DNA from: Spirochaetales bacterium | GTDB lineage: Bacteria; Spirochaetota; Spirochaetia; SZUA-6; RPPD01 | Direction: 5' to 3' | NCBI GenBank assembly: GCA_016929065.1 | Contig: JAFGJO010000034.1 | Span: forward strand, 691-64,690 | Length of the DNA stretch: 64,000 nt | Shown here: in pieces, positions 35,130-46,520 of the stretch | How the letters are laid out: each line of letters begins with the position of its first letter | How positions within the stretch are numbered: position 1 is the stretch's first letter | The notes under the pieces: model-generated | Database searches by the model: none | Seen by the model: the letters and a program-made list of their open reading frames with translations, nothing else | Told to the model about the DNA's origin: nothing | Program-made: the position numbers and the translations under genes

Positions 35130-36510
35130 ATATTTTTTTAACATACACAAATTTCTTCAACACTCCAGGATACTGGTGGCATATTCAGGCGGGCCGGATT
35201 CCACAGCTTTGCTGTTTTTGCTGAAAGAACTGCAAACCATGTACAATTTAAAGCTTGCCTGTGCATATGTTGACCATGGAATCCGGTCACCATCAGAAAG
35301 CAGAAAAGAGCGGGATCTAGTCAGACAAAATTGCGGAAATCTTGATATTCCCTGTTATTATCATGATATTCCCTTTGGAGAGCTTGCGGTGCTGAAGAAA
35401 AAAACCGGAAGAAGCATGGAAGAACTCGCACGTGAGAAACGGTATTCTTTTTTTAACGAGCTTCAGGCGGATTTTCCTCATACTGCTGTTGCGACAGGAC
35501 ATACAGCTGATGATCAGCTTGAAACCATTTTCATGAGGCTGTGCCAGGGATCCGGTCCTGCCGGTTTACAGGGAATACAGCCTGTCTCCCGGTCAATCAT
35601 GCGGCCTCTTCTGGACTGCTCGCGTAAAGAAATTCTTGATTATTTGACCGGAAACAAAATATGCTATTCAACCGATTCAAGCAATCTGGAAACGGTATAT
35701 CTGCGCAATAAAATACGGCATTTGCTCGTTCCAGTCGTGAAAGAGATTTTTCCCGGTATTCGGCGGAGCATGGAATCGGTCTCTGCCAAGATGGCAATGA
35801 CACAGCAGTTTATTGAAAAAACCGCCGCAGAAAAGCTTTCCTGGGAATCTGCACAAAATGGCTATTGCATCAGAAAAGATATTTTTTTTAAGGAATCTCC
35901 GGCTGTTCGCCTCGAATCTGTTTACCAAATTTACAGACAATTTTTTAGAAGATTCTGTTCCGATTTGTATTTAAAACAACGGCTTCCCTATAAATTTCTC
36001 CTTCCATTGCTGGGATCGGCCGCAAGGGATGAGAAAAACAGGGTATTCTGCACAGGCCATGGGATAAAATTCAGCACCCGACAGCAATTCCTTTTTTTGG
36101 AATCATGTGTTGTCTCTCCTGTGAAAAAGGATTATGTTATATCTGTTGAAATCGGGAAGCCATTCAGGTTTCAGAATCTTTCAGGAACATTTTCTTGTTC
36201 TGAACCGTTACAAAAAGAATCTGAAAATGCTGTTTTTATACAAGAAAACGAAATGGTTCCGCCGGTTATTGTACGGTCATGGCACGACGGCGACAGAATT
36301 TACCTGGGATATGGACGAAAAAAAATCAAAAAAATATTTCAGGACTGGAAATTAAATAGCGAACAACGGCATTTGATACCGATTGTTGAGGACGAAAAAG
36401 GTATTTTGGCCATTGTGGGCAGATTGTTTGGCGGAAAAAATATTGTCCGGTTTACCAAAAAAGGAGAACGTGTTCAATCCGGAAAAATGCTTGTTCTGGA
36501 CTTGCACTGA
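35110..36510 (+). CDS. tilS: tRNA(Ile)-lysidine synthase
   Basis: VAYSGGPDS, DHGIR, EELAR, GHTADDQLET, RPLL, DSSN, RNKIR. Confidence 0.95.
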   Translation: MIRKKIEYFFNIHKFLQHSRILVAYSGGPDSTALLFLLKELQTMYNLKLACAYVDHGIRSPSESRKERDLVRQNCGNLDIPCYYHDIPFGELAVLKKKTGRSMEELAREKRYSFFNELQADFPHTAVATGHTADDQLETIFMRLCQGSGPAGLQGIQPVSRSIMRPLLDCSRKEILDYLTGNKICYSTDSSNLETVYLRNKIRHLLVPVVKEIFPGIRRSMESVSAKMAMTQQFIEKTAAEKLSWESAQNGYCIRKDIFFKESPAVRLESVYQIYRQFFRRFCSDLYLKQRLPYKFLLPLLGSAARDEKNRVFCTGHGIKFSTRQQFLFLESCVVSPVKKDYVISVEIGKPFRFQNLSGTFSCSEPLQKESENAVFIQENEMVPPVIVRSWHDGDRIYLGYGRKKIKKIFQDWKLNSEQRHLIPIVEDEKGILAIVGRLFGGKNIVRFTKKGERVQSGKMLVLDLH

Positions 36511-36625
36511 AGTAATAATTTCAATACATTAATAAAAGCAAAGATACATCGATTTATCATACTGTCTACATTGGCCTTTCAGTTGGTAAATAAAATATTT
36601 TTCAAACGATAGCGGAGAAGTAACA

Positions 36626-38545
36626 TTGGATATGAACAGACAAAATAACGACAATAATAACCCGCAGAACCAGCGCGGAGGAATCGGAAGCCGTCTTACC
36701 TTATATATTATAATAGGAATAGCAGTTTTTATCTTTGTGTTTATCATAACACAGGACAATACATTCAACCTGGTTGAAACGAATTATTCGCAGTTCCTTA
36801 CCGACCTTGAGAAAACCGAATCAGCCGAACGGATTACCAGTGTTGAGTTTTTCCATAACCGCGAAATTATCTACAAGAAGCAGGATGGGACAACCTATAA
36901 AACCATTATTCCAATTGCTGATGAAGAACTCATGAAAGAACTTCGTCAGAAAGAGATAAGTTTTACCGGAAAGCCGCCGTCACTGGGATTCATGGAAATT
37001 TTAATAAACATTCTTCCATGGATACTAATGATCGGTATATTTATTTTTATGTTCCGACAGCTTCAGGGAAGCGGAAACCGCGCACTTTCGTTCGGCAAAA
37101 GCCGTGCCAAACGGTATTTTGAGGGAAATGAAAGGATTACGTTTAATGATGTCGCAGGGCAGGAAGAAGCAAAATACGAGCTTGAGGAAGTTGTCCAGTT
37201 TTTGAAAAATCCGCAGAAGTTCACCAAAATCGGAGCAAAGATCCCAAAGGGTGTTCTGCTTGTCGGCATGCCGGGAACCGGGAAAACACTGCTCGCAAAA
37301 GCGATTGCCGGTGAAGCGAATGTCCCGTTCTTCCACATGTCCGGCTCTGACTTTGTTGAGATGTTTGTCGGTGTCGGCGCAAGCCGGGTCCGCGATCTTT
37401 TTGAGCAGGGAAGAAAAAGCGCGCCTTGTATTCTTTTTATCGATGAACTTGATGCAGTGGGCCGAACCCGCGGCGCAGGTTACGGCGGCGGCCATGATGA
37501 ACGCGAACAAACGCTGAACCAGCTGCTGGTTGAAATGGACGGTTTTGACACAAAAGTAGGCGTTATTATTGTTGCAGCCACAAACAGGCCCGATGTACTG
37601 GATCCTGCCTTGCTGCGACCAGGGAGATTTGACCGGCAGGTTGTCGTGGATATGCCTGATGTGAAGGAACGTGAGGATATCATCAAGATCCACTGTAAAA
37701 AAATATCCATTGCAACAGACATTGATTTCAACAAGGTTGCCCGGGCGACACCAGGTACCTCTGGCGCTGACCTCTCCAATCTTGTCAATGAAGCTGCCCT
37801 GTTTGCCGCCAGGAAGAACAAGCAGAAAGTTGAAATGGAAGATTTTGAAGAGGCTCGCGACAAGGTTCTTATGGGTGTGGCCAGAAAATCAAAGGTCATT
37901 CCGCCGAAAGAAAAAGAGATGGTCGCATTTCATGAAGCAGGCCATGCTTTACTGCATTATTTTCTTAAAAATGCGGATCCACTGCACAAGGTGACTGTGA
38001 TCCCTCATGGACGGGCTCTCGGTGTGGCCATTTCACTGCCTGAACAGGATAATTACAGCAAGAACAAGGGATGGTTATTGGACAGAATTGTCATTGGTAT
38101 GGGCGGATATGCCGCAGAAAAGATCAGATATAAAGAGAACACAACCGGTGCACAGCAGGATATCGAACAGGGGACCAATATTGCCCGAAGAATGGTCTGT
38201 GAATGGGGAATGAGTGATGCAATGGGGCCGATTGCATACGGCCAGAAAGAAGAACCGATTTTTATCGGGAAAGAAATTGCACGCCACAAGGACTACTCGG
38301 AAGAAACTGCCAAAAAGATTGATAAAGAAATAAAAGATATTGTGCAGACCTGTCTTGGACAGGCAATGAAGATTCTTACAGACAATAAAGGAAAACTGAA
38401 ACTGCTTGCGGAAACCCTTGTAACAGTGGAAACACTGAATGACGACGAAATCAGAAAACTTTTGAATATACCAAAAAAAGTCGATGAAATCGAACAACCA
38501 AAAAAAGCTGTTTCCAGACAAAAAAAGACAGTGGTGAAGAAATAG
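36626..38545 (+). CDS. ftsH: ATP-dependent zinc metalloprotease FtsH
   Basis: Two TMs, [26 protein letters not shown]. Confidence 0.98.
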   Translation: MDMNRQNNDNNNPQNQRGGIGSRLTLYIIIGIAVFIFVFIITQDNTFNLVETNYSQFLTDLEKTESAERITSVEFFHNREIIYKKQDGTTYKTIIPIADEELMKELRQKEISFTGKPPSLGFMEILINILPWILMIGIFIFMFRQLQGSGNRALSFGKSRAKRYFEGNERITFNDVAGQEEAKYELEEVVQFLKNPQKFTKIGAKIPKGVLLVGMPGTGKTLLAKAIAGEANVPFFHMSGSDFVEMFVGVGASRVRDLFEQGRKSAPCILFIDELDAVGRTRGAGYGGGHDEREQTLNQLLVEMDGFDTKVGVIIVAATNRPDVLDPALLRPGRFDRQVVVDMPDVKEREDIIKIHCKKISIATDIDFNKVARATPGTSGADLSNLVNEAALFAARKNKQKVEMEDFEEARDKVLMGVARKSKVIPPKEKEMVAFHEAGHALLHYFLKNADPLHKVTVIPHGRALGVAISLPEQDNYSKNKGWLLDRIVIGMGGYAAEKIRYKENTTGAQQDIEQGTNIARRMVCEWGMSDAMGPIAYGQKEEPIFIGKEIARHKDYSEETAKKIDKEIKDIVQTCLGQAMKILTDNKGKLKLLAETLVTVETLNDDEIRKLLNIPKKVDEIEQPKKAVSRQKKTVVKK

Positions 38546-38840
38546 TCTGGATACCGGATTCCTGATAGTTAATATTTTTATTTAAGGGATGGGGTGGAGT
38601 AAAAGTAATCTGTATGCAACACAGGAAACTTTGATTCCGCCCTGTTTTTTTAAGTGAAACAGGATTATCCCGTGTTTTTTGTTTAGAATTTTGTTATTAT
38701 TTGTTACGATAAACAGTAGAAATTGTTTATTATTATAAGACTACAAGAATGGTTCCTCTTTATAAAACAAAGAGTGATAATTAATAATGATGATGATGAT
38801 GATGGCTATGAAATACTAGTTTATCCCTGGAGTTGAATGT

Positions 38841-40688
38841 ATGAAGATGTCAAAACTGTCAATATTGAATAATAATGGATTTGTTGTATTGTTGTTCTGC
38901 TGTATAACAGGATTATTTTTTTCCTGTAACACCGTCTATGACATCGCACCAGGTTATATTCCGCCGCTGGAGGCTGTTCAAAAAGAAGATATCGAGAAAA
39001 TGCTTGCACAGGGGAACTACCTTGATGCAGTTCAGTATATAAACAGAATAGAACGATCCCGAAACGGTTTGTTAAAAGAGGAGCTCGAAAAACTTCGAAA
39101 TCAAACAATAGATATGGTAAAGGCAGATTTCCAGTCGAGTATGGATAAAAAGGATTATGAAAAAGCTATTGCATATGTCGATTCAGCGATAAATATCGGC
39201 GAACCCGCTTTATTTCCCGGCTGGTCAGTTAAAAAGCTTCTCATGATGCAGGCAGAACTGCAGGAACAGCAGGGAAATGACTCAGTGGCCGTCCTGACAG
39301 CAATCAAGGCCATGAAACACGAAACGCTTACAAACAGCGAATATTCGCATATATTGGAGCTCGCGACAAAACTGGAAAACAAAACAGCGATCCTCACGGT
39401 TATTGCAGAAATGGAAAAACGTCATATGCCCATACCCGAACCGGCAAGGGTAATCACCTCGAAAATCACACCAATAAAGAAAGTAATTGACGGAACGGTG
39501 ACCATATGGGTGTATAAAGGAATTAAATTTGAAAATGGTGTCGGCATGCCAAACAATATTGTCGGGAGCGGTTTTTTTATTGATCCCCGCGGTTTTATCC
39601 TGACCAATTACCATGTGATTGAAAGCGAGGTCAATCCCCAATATGAAGGCTATTCACGCCTGTATATCCGGCTCTCCGACATGCCGGACCAGAGAATTCC
39701 GGCCCGGGTGATATCCTATGACCCAGTTTTTGATTTGGCCCTGCTGAAAACAGAGATTGATCCGAAATACATTTTTAGCTCCATTGGAGAAACATCAATT
39801 GATCCGGGTGACAAAATAAAGGTGATTGGTTCTCCGGGCGGACTGGAGAATACGGTGACATCCGGTATTGTTTCAGCGACCGGCCGCAGATTTCTACAGC
39901 TTGGTGATGCAATGCAGATCGATGCTCCGGTGAATCCGGGGAACAGCGGCGGACCGATCATTGATGAGGACGGCAGGCTTGTAGGAATTGTTTTTGCCGG
40001 GATTGAACAGTTTGAAGGGCTGAATTTCGGTGTTTCGATTGAATGGATAAACAAAGTTCTGCCCCGCATGTTTCCGGCAAACTCCAAAGACCTCTCTGAA
40101 TATATTGCTACCCCAATTACCCATTACTGGATGGGATGTGCGGTTGAAAAAACCGAAAAAGGGATGGAAATTATTTATGTTGTTCCTGGTGAACCGGCAT
40201 ATAATGCCGGGCTCCGCGGTGGTGATCTCATCACCGGAATAAACGGGAAAGAATTCAAAACACTTCGGGAGATTCAAAGTCTGATGGTCTCTTATGAGTC
40301 AAAAACGCTTCTTGCAGTGTCCTGTACCCGCGACAATGAGGCATATACTGCCTATATCAGTCTATCACCCCGGCCCCGGGTACCGGTAAGTCTGGCTCTG
40401 GAACGTGATTCCAAGGTCAATGTGATCTATCCACTTTTTGGAATGAAAATAGACAAGGTAGCCGATGAAGTCTGGAACAATCATTATGTTGTGCGAAGGA
40501 TCATTCCCGGGTCGTCTGCTGATGAATTGGGGCTTTCAGTGAACGATCCCATATCAATCCGGGAATGGTTTATTCATGAAAAACTGAAGGTTGTCATGAT
40601 TCAGGTTATGGTGAAACGAAGAAAACTTGGATTTCTTGAAACGTTCATCCAGTTACTTTCGTTTCTTGAAACAACAAATTTTATCTGA
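38841..40688 (+). CDS. HtrA/DegP-like serine protease lipoprotein with helical N-domain and PDZ
   Basis: Lipobox-like LFFSC; GSGF, TNYHV, DLALL, NPGNSGGP triad; PDZ PAYNAGLRGGDLI. Confidence 0.88.
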   Translation: MKMSKLSILNNNGFVVLLFCCITGLFFSCNTVYDIAPGYIPPLEAVQKEDIEKMLAQGNYLDAVQYINRIERSRNGLLKEELEKLRNQTIDMVKADFQSSMDKKDYEKAIAYVDSAINIGEPALFPGWSVKKLLMMQAELQEQQGNDSVAVLTAIKAMKHETLTNSEYSHILELATKLENKTAILTVIAEMEKRHMPIPEPARVITSKITPIKKVIDGTVTIWVYKGIKFENGVGMPNNIVGSGFFIDPRGFILTNYHVIESEVNPQYEGYSRLYIRLSDMPDQRIPARVISYDPVFDLALLKTEIDPKYIFSSIGETSIDPGDKIKVIGSPGGLENTVTSGIVSATGRRFLQLGDAMQIDAPVNPGNSGGPIIDEDGRLVGIVFAGIEQFEGLNFGVSIEWINKVLPRMFPANSKDLSEYIATPITHYWMGCAVEKTEKGMEIIYVVPGEPAYNAGLRGGDLITGINGKEFKTLREIQSLMVSYESKTLLAVSCTRDNEAYTAYISLSPRPRVPVSLALERDSKVNVIYPLFGMKIDKVADEVWNNHYVVRRIIPGSSADELGLSVNDPISIREWFIHEKLKVVMIQVMVKRRKLGFLETFIQLLSFLETTNFI

Positions 40689-40849
40689 CCCGGACAAAAC
40701 ATCTTTTCTTTTCTGTATAAATGCTTGAAATATTCAAATTGGCAAATTACAATTAATTGAGTAAATATATTTCTTCTAACCGGAAATTGACAGGGGCCAG
40801 GCCGTCTGTCAGCCGTGTTTGATACAAGCAGAGGGGCCCGGCAAACATC

Positions 40850-43474
40850 ATGCATCATATATTGATTGTCGAAGATGAAAAAATAGTTGCAACTGACATC
40901 AAATACATGTTGAAAAAAATTGACATGACCTCTGCCGATATTGCACAGACAGCGACTGACGCATTCGCCAAAATTCAGGAAAAAAAACCGGATATCATTC
41001 TTATGGATATCAATCTGTCTGGTGAAATTGATGGTGTACAGGCGGCTGAGATTATCCTGAAGGATTACAAAATCCCGGTTATGTATCTGACTGCATATGC
41101 TGATGAAAAAACAGTGGAACGGGCAAAACATACAGAACCAATCGGATATCTGCTGAAACCTTTTAATGAAATCGAATTAAAGACAAATATCGAGATCGCG
41201 CTGTACAAGCAGAAAATCAATGAGAAACTCCGCAGACAGGAGCTCTGGCTGTCCAGTACGCTGACACGGATCGGACTGGGGATTATCAAGACCGATGCCG
41301 GCATGTCTATCAGCCTTATGAATAATGTTGCTGAAACGATGATCGGGATGACTTTGGAGAAAGCCGAGGGGAAAAAACTTTCTGAGGTTGTGTCCTTTTT
41401 TGATCTGAAAAAAGAAAAAGCTCTTCCGCTAACGGAGTTAAAGAGCAGTCAGCGCACAGTAAGCATTAAAAACAATGACGGTCAGTATTTACCCATATCA
41501 CTCACTGTGCAAAAAGAAGAAAACGATGAGGAAATATCAACAGTCTATTTTTTACAGGACATTTCAGAGAAGCTTGGTGCGGAAAAGAAAATAAGGAGTA
41601 CTGAGCAACTTTTGGAACAGACGTTTCAGAGCCTTCAGGACACCCTTTTTATCACCAAGGATGATTTTTCAATAATCAATTGTAATCCGGCAGGTATCCG
41701 GTTGTTCGGATACTCTGAAAATGAACTGGTCGGGCGGAGCATTTTTTTACTCTGCAATGATGACAGGGAAAAAATAGAACAGCTTCAGCAGATTTGCAGG
41801 CAGGAATTGTTTTACAGCCGGCATGAATTCGAACTGTACAACAGAAATGGTGAACTCATTTCAACCGAGATTACACTCGCGCCGCTGCGTGATGAGAATG
41901 AAGCCACGACCGGCTGGGTCTTTACCCTTATTGATATCCGTGAGCGGAAAATATATGAAAGAAGGCTCAAGGAAGCAAAGGAAACCGCTGAATCCGCCAG
42001 CAGGGCCAAATCAGAATTCCTGACAAATATGAGCCATGAATTGCGCACTCCGCTGAACAGTATTATCGGGATGACCGAATTGACTCTGGAGACGAGTCTC
42101 TCCAGAGATCAAAAAGAATATCTCGAGATTGTTCACCAGTCATCACTGTCCTTTCTTGTTTTGTTGAATTCAATCCTTGATTTTTCAAAAATCGAAACCG
42201 GAAAAATCGAACTTGAAGATACCCTGTTTGATGTGAAAAAAGTTTGTCAGGATGCAATCGATGTCATGAAAGTCCAGGCGTTTAAAAAGGGATTGGGACT
42301 GCGGTTACAGGCCGCGAGTGATGTGCCGGCAACGGTTATTGGCGACCCCCATCGTCTGAATCAGATTATTCTTAATCTGATTGGCAATGCAGTGAAGTTT
42401 ACCGAAACCGGATATGTGCGCCTTACGGTACATATTGATTCTGTTATCGACCACAAAGTAACACTGTTGTTTTCTGTTGAAGATACAGGTATTGGAATTC
42501 CGGAAGACAAGCAGGAGACAATTTTCGAGAGCTTCAAGCAGGTTGACGGCTCAACAACACGAAAATACGGAGGGACCGGACTTGGGCTCACCATATCAAA
42601 GAAACTTGTAGAGCTCATGCATGGTATTTTATGGGTTGAATCCCGTGTTCATCACGGGTCAAAATTTTCGTTTACAGCCCTTTTTGGCCTGACAGAGGAA
42701 GAGGTCCCTGAGCTGAAAGGAAAAATACACAATCATGACCAAATAGATGTTTCCGGAAATATGAAAATCCTGGTGGCAGAAGATGATCTGTTTACCCAGA
42801 AAATGATTCAGCGCGCTCTGGAAAAAAGAGGAAATACAGTATTTTGTGTGGATAACGGCAAATCAGCCATTTCACTTCTGCATAAAATAAAATTTGATAT
42901 TTTACTGCTCGATATTAACATGCCGGTCATGGACGGGTATGAGACAGCAAAAATAATTCGGGAATCTGATAACAGTCATTCGCTGTCCACGCTGCCGATT
43001 ATCGCAATTACTGCGCATGCCCAGCAAACAGACAGGGAAAAGTGCCTTGCCGCGGGCATGAACGGATATCTGCCGAAGCCGATTCATATTACGGATCTGG
43101 TCAGGACAATTGAATCCTTTCGCCGGAAAGACAGCACATTGGCACATATTCCGGTAATGGATGATAAAACCAGGAATGAAATTCAGGAAGAGAAATATGA
43201 CCTGATTGCACACGATGATGAAAATATTCATGTTCGTATTGAGAAATATATTGAAGAGGTTCATGCGGCAATAAAGCGGGAGGAACACCACGTGCTTGAA
43301 CGGCTTGCCGAATATCTTTTAAATGATGTGAGAGAAGCGGGAATGCACAGGATAATTGATGAGACATTCAAGTTAAAATTGGCAGCTCGGGATGCGACCA
43401 TGAAGAGAGCAAAGAGCCTGTTTCTGATAATTAAAAAAGGTATTGAGAATTATTTCATTCAGGAAAAGAAATAA
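40850..43474 (+). CDS. Cytoplasmic hybrid histidine kinase (REC-PAS-PAS-HisKA-HATPase-REC)
   Basis: ILIVED..MDINL; NMSHELRTPL; NLIGNAVKFT; DTGIGI; GGTGLGL; second receiver LVAEDD..LDINMP; no TM seen. Confidence 0.93.
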   Translation: MHHILIVEDEKIVATDIKYMLKKIDMTSADIAQTATDAFAKIQEKKPDIILMDINLSGEIDGVQAAEIILKDYKIPVMYLTAYADEKTVERAKHTEPIGYLLKPFNEIELKTNIEIALYKQKINEKLRRQELWLSSTLTRIGLGIIKTDAGMSISLMNNVAETMIGMTLEKAEGKKLSEVVSFFDLKKEKALPLTELKSSQRTVSIKNNDGQYLPISLTVQKEENDEEISTVYFLQDISEKLGAEKKIRSTEQLLEQTFQSLQDTLFITKDDFSIINCNPAGIRLFGYSENELVGRSIFLLCNDDREKIEQLQQICRQELFYSRHEFELYNRNGELISTEITLAPLRDENEATTGWVFTLIDIRERKIYERRLKEAKETAESASRAKSEFLTNMSHELRTPLNSIIGMTELTLETSLSRDQKEYLEIVHQSSLSFLVLLNSILDFSKIETGKIELEDTLFDVKKVCQDAIDVMKVQAFKKGLGLRLQAASDVPATVIGDPHRLNQIILNLIGNAVKFTETGYVRLTVHIDSVIDHKVTLLFSVEDTGIGIPEDKQETIFESFKQVDGSTTRKYGGTGLGLTISKKLVELMHGILWVESRVHHGSKFSFTALFGLTEEEVPELKGKIHNHDQIDVSGNMKILVAEDDLFTQKMIQRALEKRGNTVFCVDNGKSAISLLHKIKFDILLLDINMPVMDGYETAKIIRESDNSHSLSTLPIIAITAHAQQTDREKCLAAGMNGYLPKPIHITDLVRTIESFRRKDSTLAHIPVMDDKTRNEIQEEKYDLIAHDDENIHVRIEKYIEEVHAAIKREEHHVLERLAEYLLNDVREAGMHRIIDETFKLKLAARDATMKRAKSLFLIIKKGIENYFIQEKK

Positions 43475-43507
43475 TCGTCGAAACAAACAGAAAGGAGATT
43501 TTTACGT

Positions 43508-43903
43508 ATGAGAGTACTTATCGCAGAAGACGACTTTGGAAGCAGAAAATTGCTGCAGAATATACTTGCGGAATACGGAGACTGTGATGTTGCCGTAGAT
43601 GGAGAAGAAGCGATCGAAGCGTTCAAGATTGCCTGGAAAGAACAAAAACCCTATGAACTCGTCTGTATGGATATCATGATGCCGAAAGTCAATGGTCAGG
43701 AAGCATTGAAGGCAATTCGTGATTATGAGCGGGATTCCGGCATAAAACCGTCAGAAGAAGCAAAGGTGATCATGACCACAGTGCTTGACGATCCAAAAAA
43801 TGTCATTGATGCATTATATAAGGGCGGGGCATCGGCATATGTGGTAAAACCGATCAACAAGGAAAAATTTCTCAAGGAAATACATGAATTGGGACTGCTG
43901 TAG
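43508..43903 (+). CDS. Single-domain (CheY-like) response regulator
   Basis: VLIAEDD, MDIMMP, MTT, YVVKP. Confidence 0.93.
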   Translation: MRVLIAEDDFGSRKLLQNILAEYGDCDVAVDGEEAIEAFKIAWKEQKPYELVCMDIMMPKVNGQEALKAIRDYERDSGIKPSEEAKVIMTTVLDDPKNVIDALYKGGASAYVVKPINKEKFLKEIHELGLL

Positions 43904-43905
43904 CC

Positions 43906-43935
43906 GGATAGACATTCAAGTATTAATGTCTATCC
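43906..43935 (+). terminator. Hairpin after the response regulator
   Basis: GGATAGACATT / AATGTCTATCC 11-bp perfect IR; no strong U-tail. Confidence 0.5.
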
Positions 43936-44090
43936 AGCCGGTCATGGAAAATTACTCTTCTTGAACATTCAGGCGAACTATTTTTTTCACAACTCTATTT
44001 TTTCCGGAAATGTCCGATAATATATAGGAAGAAATAGAGCATCAGAGCAGGCACGGCAGTTTTTTTCAGCAGAAGAGGAGACCAGGTGAT

Positions 44091-45269
44091 TTGAAAATAT
44101 TTACCAGTATTAAAAATCTTGTTTATTATATCCGCAAGGAAAAAATAACAAAACTGTTTTTGGCTGTTTTTTTTACTGTGCTTATCGGCGCAGGTCTTGT
44201 CTTTGTATCCGAGAAGTTGTCAAACAGTACTGCTTTTTCAAATTTTGCGGATGCAGTGTGGTGGGCAGTTGTTACGGTGACCAGTGTCGGCTATGGGGAT
44301 ATCTATCCGCATATGCCGGTGGGAAGAATCATCGCCGGTATCCTGATGTTTTTTGGTATAACGCTTATTTCCATTTTATCCGGTACCGTGGCAAGTATTA
44401 TTGTTGACAGAAAATTGCGGGAGGGAAGAGGTTTGGAAGATATTAAATTTAAACGGCATACGCTGATTTGCGGATGGAACCAGAATGCAGAAAAAATCCT
44501 GCAGGAGTTCAATTCCATTCCATCCATGAAAGATGCGGGCATTGTCCTCATTAATGAAATTAATCCTGAAGATTTTCAGTTATTGAAAACGAAATACCCG
44601 GCATTAGACCTGCACTTTGTCCGGGGTGACTTTGTCAATGAAAATGTATTGAAAAAGGCGGGAAGTGAATTCGCCAAAAATGCGATTTTGCTTGCAGATG
44701 CCACAAGACGCCCGGAATTGGGAAGCCCCGATGAACGGACGATTCTTGCAGCACTTGCCCTGAATGCGTTGAATAACACGATAACGATCAGCGCAGAGAT
44801 CATTAATGCAACAAATGAACAGCATTTGCGGCGGGCAAATGTGGACAATATCCTTGTTTACGGCGAGTTTAATGCGTACCTGTTTTCAACCAGCGCACGG
44901 GAAGAAGGCATTCCGCTCCTGGTGAAGGAAATACTTTCCAACAAGAACCGGAATTCGATTCATCAGCTGGAAATTCCGGCCCAGTTTGTAGGGAAAAAAT
45001 TCCAGGACCTCCATGAATATTTCATGAAAAGCCAGAAGGGGATTCTGATTGGTTTTATATCTCAGGAAAAGAAAATGACCCTTGATGATATTCTGTCGGA
45101 AGATTCTTCGGCAATCGATGATTTTATCAAAAGAAAATTTCATGAAGCTGAAATAGATATTGTCGGTGAAGAAAAAGCAGAAATCGATGTGAAAATAAAT
45201 CCGGGACTCGACTATGTCATCGGTGAAAATGACAGTGCGTTTATTATCGGCACGGGAACAGGCGGGTGA
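44091..45269 (+). CDS. 2-TM potassium channel with RCK (TrkA-N-like) domain
   Basis: WWAVVTVTSVGYGD selectivity filter; HTLICGW, FVRGD, AEI..HLRRA. Confidence 0.9.
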   Translation: MKIFTSIKNLVYYIRKEKITKLFLAVFFTVLIGAGLVFVSEKLSNSTAFSNFADAVWWAVVTVTSVGYGDIYPHMPVGRIIAGILMFFGITLISILSGTVASIIVDRKLREGRGLEDIKFKRHTLICGWNQNAEKILQEFNSIPSMKDAGIVLINEINPEDFQLLKTKYPALDLHFVRGDFVNENVLKKAGSEFAKNAILLADATRRPELGSPDERTILAALALNALNNTITISAEIINATNEQHLRRANVDNILVYGEFNAYLFSTSAREEGIPLLVKEILSNKNRNSIHQLEIPAQFVGKKFQDLHEYFMKSQKGILIGFISQEKKMTLDDILSEDSSAIDDFIKRKFHEAEIDIVGEEKAEIDVKINPGLDYVIGENDSAFIIGTGTGG

Positions 45270-45793
45270 ATATGTCAGGAAAAAACGGATCGACAATAAA
45301 AAACCTCAAGAAGATCAATTTACTGGCACGTTTGAATGAATCAGAGCTCGAAAAACTCTCCACCATCTGCAAACATGTCAGCATCAACAGCGGGAATGTC
45401 ATCATGCATGAAGGAGAGGTTGGTGATTCAATGTTTCTTTTTGTAGACGGTGTTGTTGATGTCACCAAAAATCTGACGCTGAAAGTAGGGAAAAAGGGGT
45501 TCAGCAAGGTTGAAAAATCCATGGTGAAACTGAATTCACAGCATGTATCATTTTTTGGTGATATGGCCATGTTTGAAAATGATGTACGCAGTGCAACATT
45601 AACCGCAGCAACAGACTGTACCCTTTATGAAATAAAAAGGGATGAATTTGAGACCCTTTGCGGACAATATCCTGAACTGGGATACAAAATAATACGGGAG
45701 ATCGCAGTTATTCTTTGTGAACGGGTTCGCAAGGGAAATCAGGATGTGTTAAAGTTGACAACTGCATTGAGTATTGCACTTTCAAAAGGTTGA
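45266..45793 (+). CDS. Stand-alone cyclic-nucleotide-binding domain protein
   Basis: IMHEGEVGDSMF..GVVDV, FFGDMAMF..RSATLTA; no HTH. Confidence 0.88.
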   Translation: MNMSGKNGSTIKNLKKINLLARLNESELEKLSTICKHVSINSGNVIMHEGEVGDSMFLFVDGVVDVTKNLTLKVGKKGFSKVEKSMVKLNSQHVSFFGDMAMFENDVRSATLTAATDCTLYEIKRDEFETLCGQYPELGYKIIREIAVILCERVRKGNQDVLKLTTALSIALSKG

Positions 45794-45796
45794 AAT

Positions 45797-46375
45797 ATGA
45801 AAAAAATTGTCTTGTTATTATGTGCGGGTTGTGCGGTCATTTCCGGGTATGCCCAGACCGGGATTCCCGAAGTAACGCCAAAACCAGATATTGTCGAACC
45901 GGTAAATACCGGTGTGGAGAGTATTACAGCTTTCCGTTCGTATCAAATTGGTATGGGAATTGACCAGGCGAAAGAGCTTCTGGCAAAAGATCCGCTTTTC
46001 AATCATAAGGATCCTGATGTTTATTTTCTCCCGGCAAAGGAACAGACATTGATTGAGTCCGAAGGCAAGGGATATGTAAAAAGGATATTTCTTCAATTCG
46101 TCGACAAGCAGCTATTTTCCGTCATTATTGATATGAATGAAAACAAAGTTGATTATTACAGTTTGTTTACTACTTTTCAGGGAAAATACGGAACGTTCGA
46201 CAAGTTTACACCAGACTTCGTGTATTGGGAAAAAAAGAATATCAGACTGACGCTTGAAAAACCGCTTACTGTAAAATATCTGGATTTGCAGAAATTCAAT
46301 GAAAAAAAGCAGGAAAAGCGTGCCGATATTGTTGATGAAGATGCATCTTTGAAAGAATTTCTGGATCAATTTTGA
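45797..46375 (+). CDS. Exported hypothetical protein
   Basis: Signal peptide MKKIVLLL..GYA-Q; starts 3 nt after the upstream stop. Confidence 0.7.
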   Translation: MKKIVLLLCAGCAVISGYAQTGIPEVTPKPDIVEPVNTGVESITAFRSYQIGMGIDQAKELLAKDPLFNHKDPDVYFLPAKEQTLIESEGKGYVKRIFLQFVDKQLFSVIIDMNENKVDYYSLFTTFQGKYGTFDKFTPDFVYWEKKNIRLTLEKPLTVKYLDLQKFNEKKQEKRADIVDEDASLKEFLDQF

Positions 46376-46520
46376 TATTCGCCTGCTGACAGGGTGTGAC
46401 TGTATTATAAATAATACATATTAAACTTTATTATACTTTTTTGAAGATTTGTTTCTGCTTGACACGATTGAAAACTCTCATAAAATATATTGATCAATTT
46501 TAAATTAAAGAAAGCATAAA

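Noticed and set aside
38787-38803. (GAT)n microsatellite upstream of the HtrA-like gene
   Set aside because: Short and intergenic, with no evidence of a functional or phase-variable role.
43994-44020. Sigma28-like promoter (TCCGATAA) before the K+ channel
   Set aside because: The -10 is plausible but there is no convincing TAAA -35 at the right spacing.
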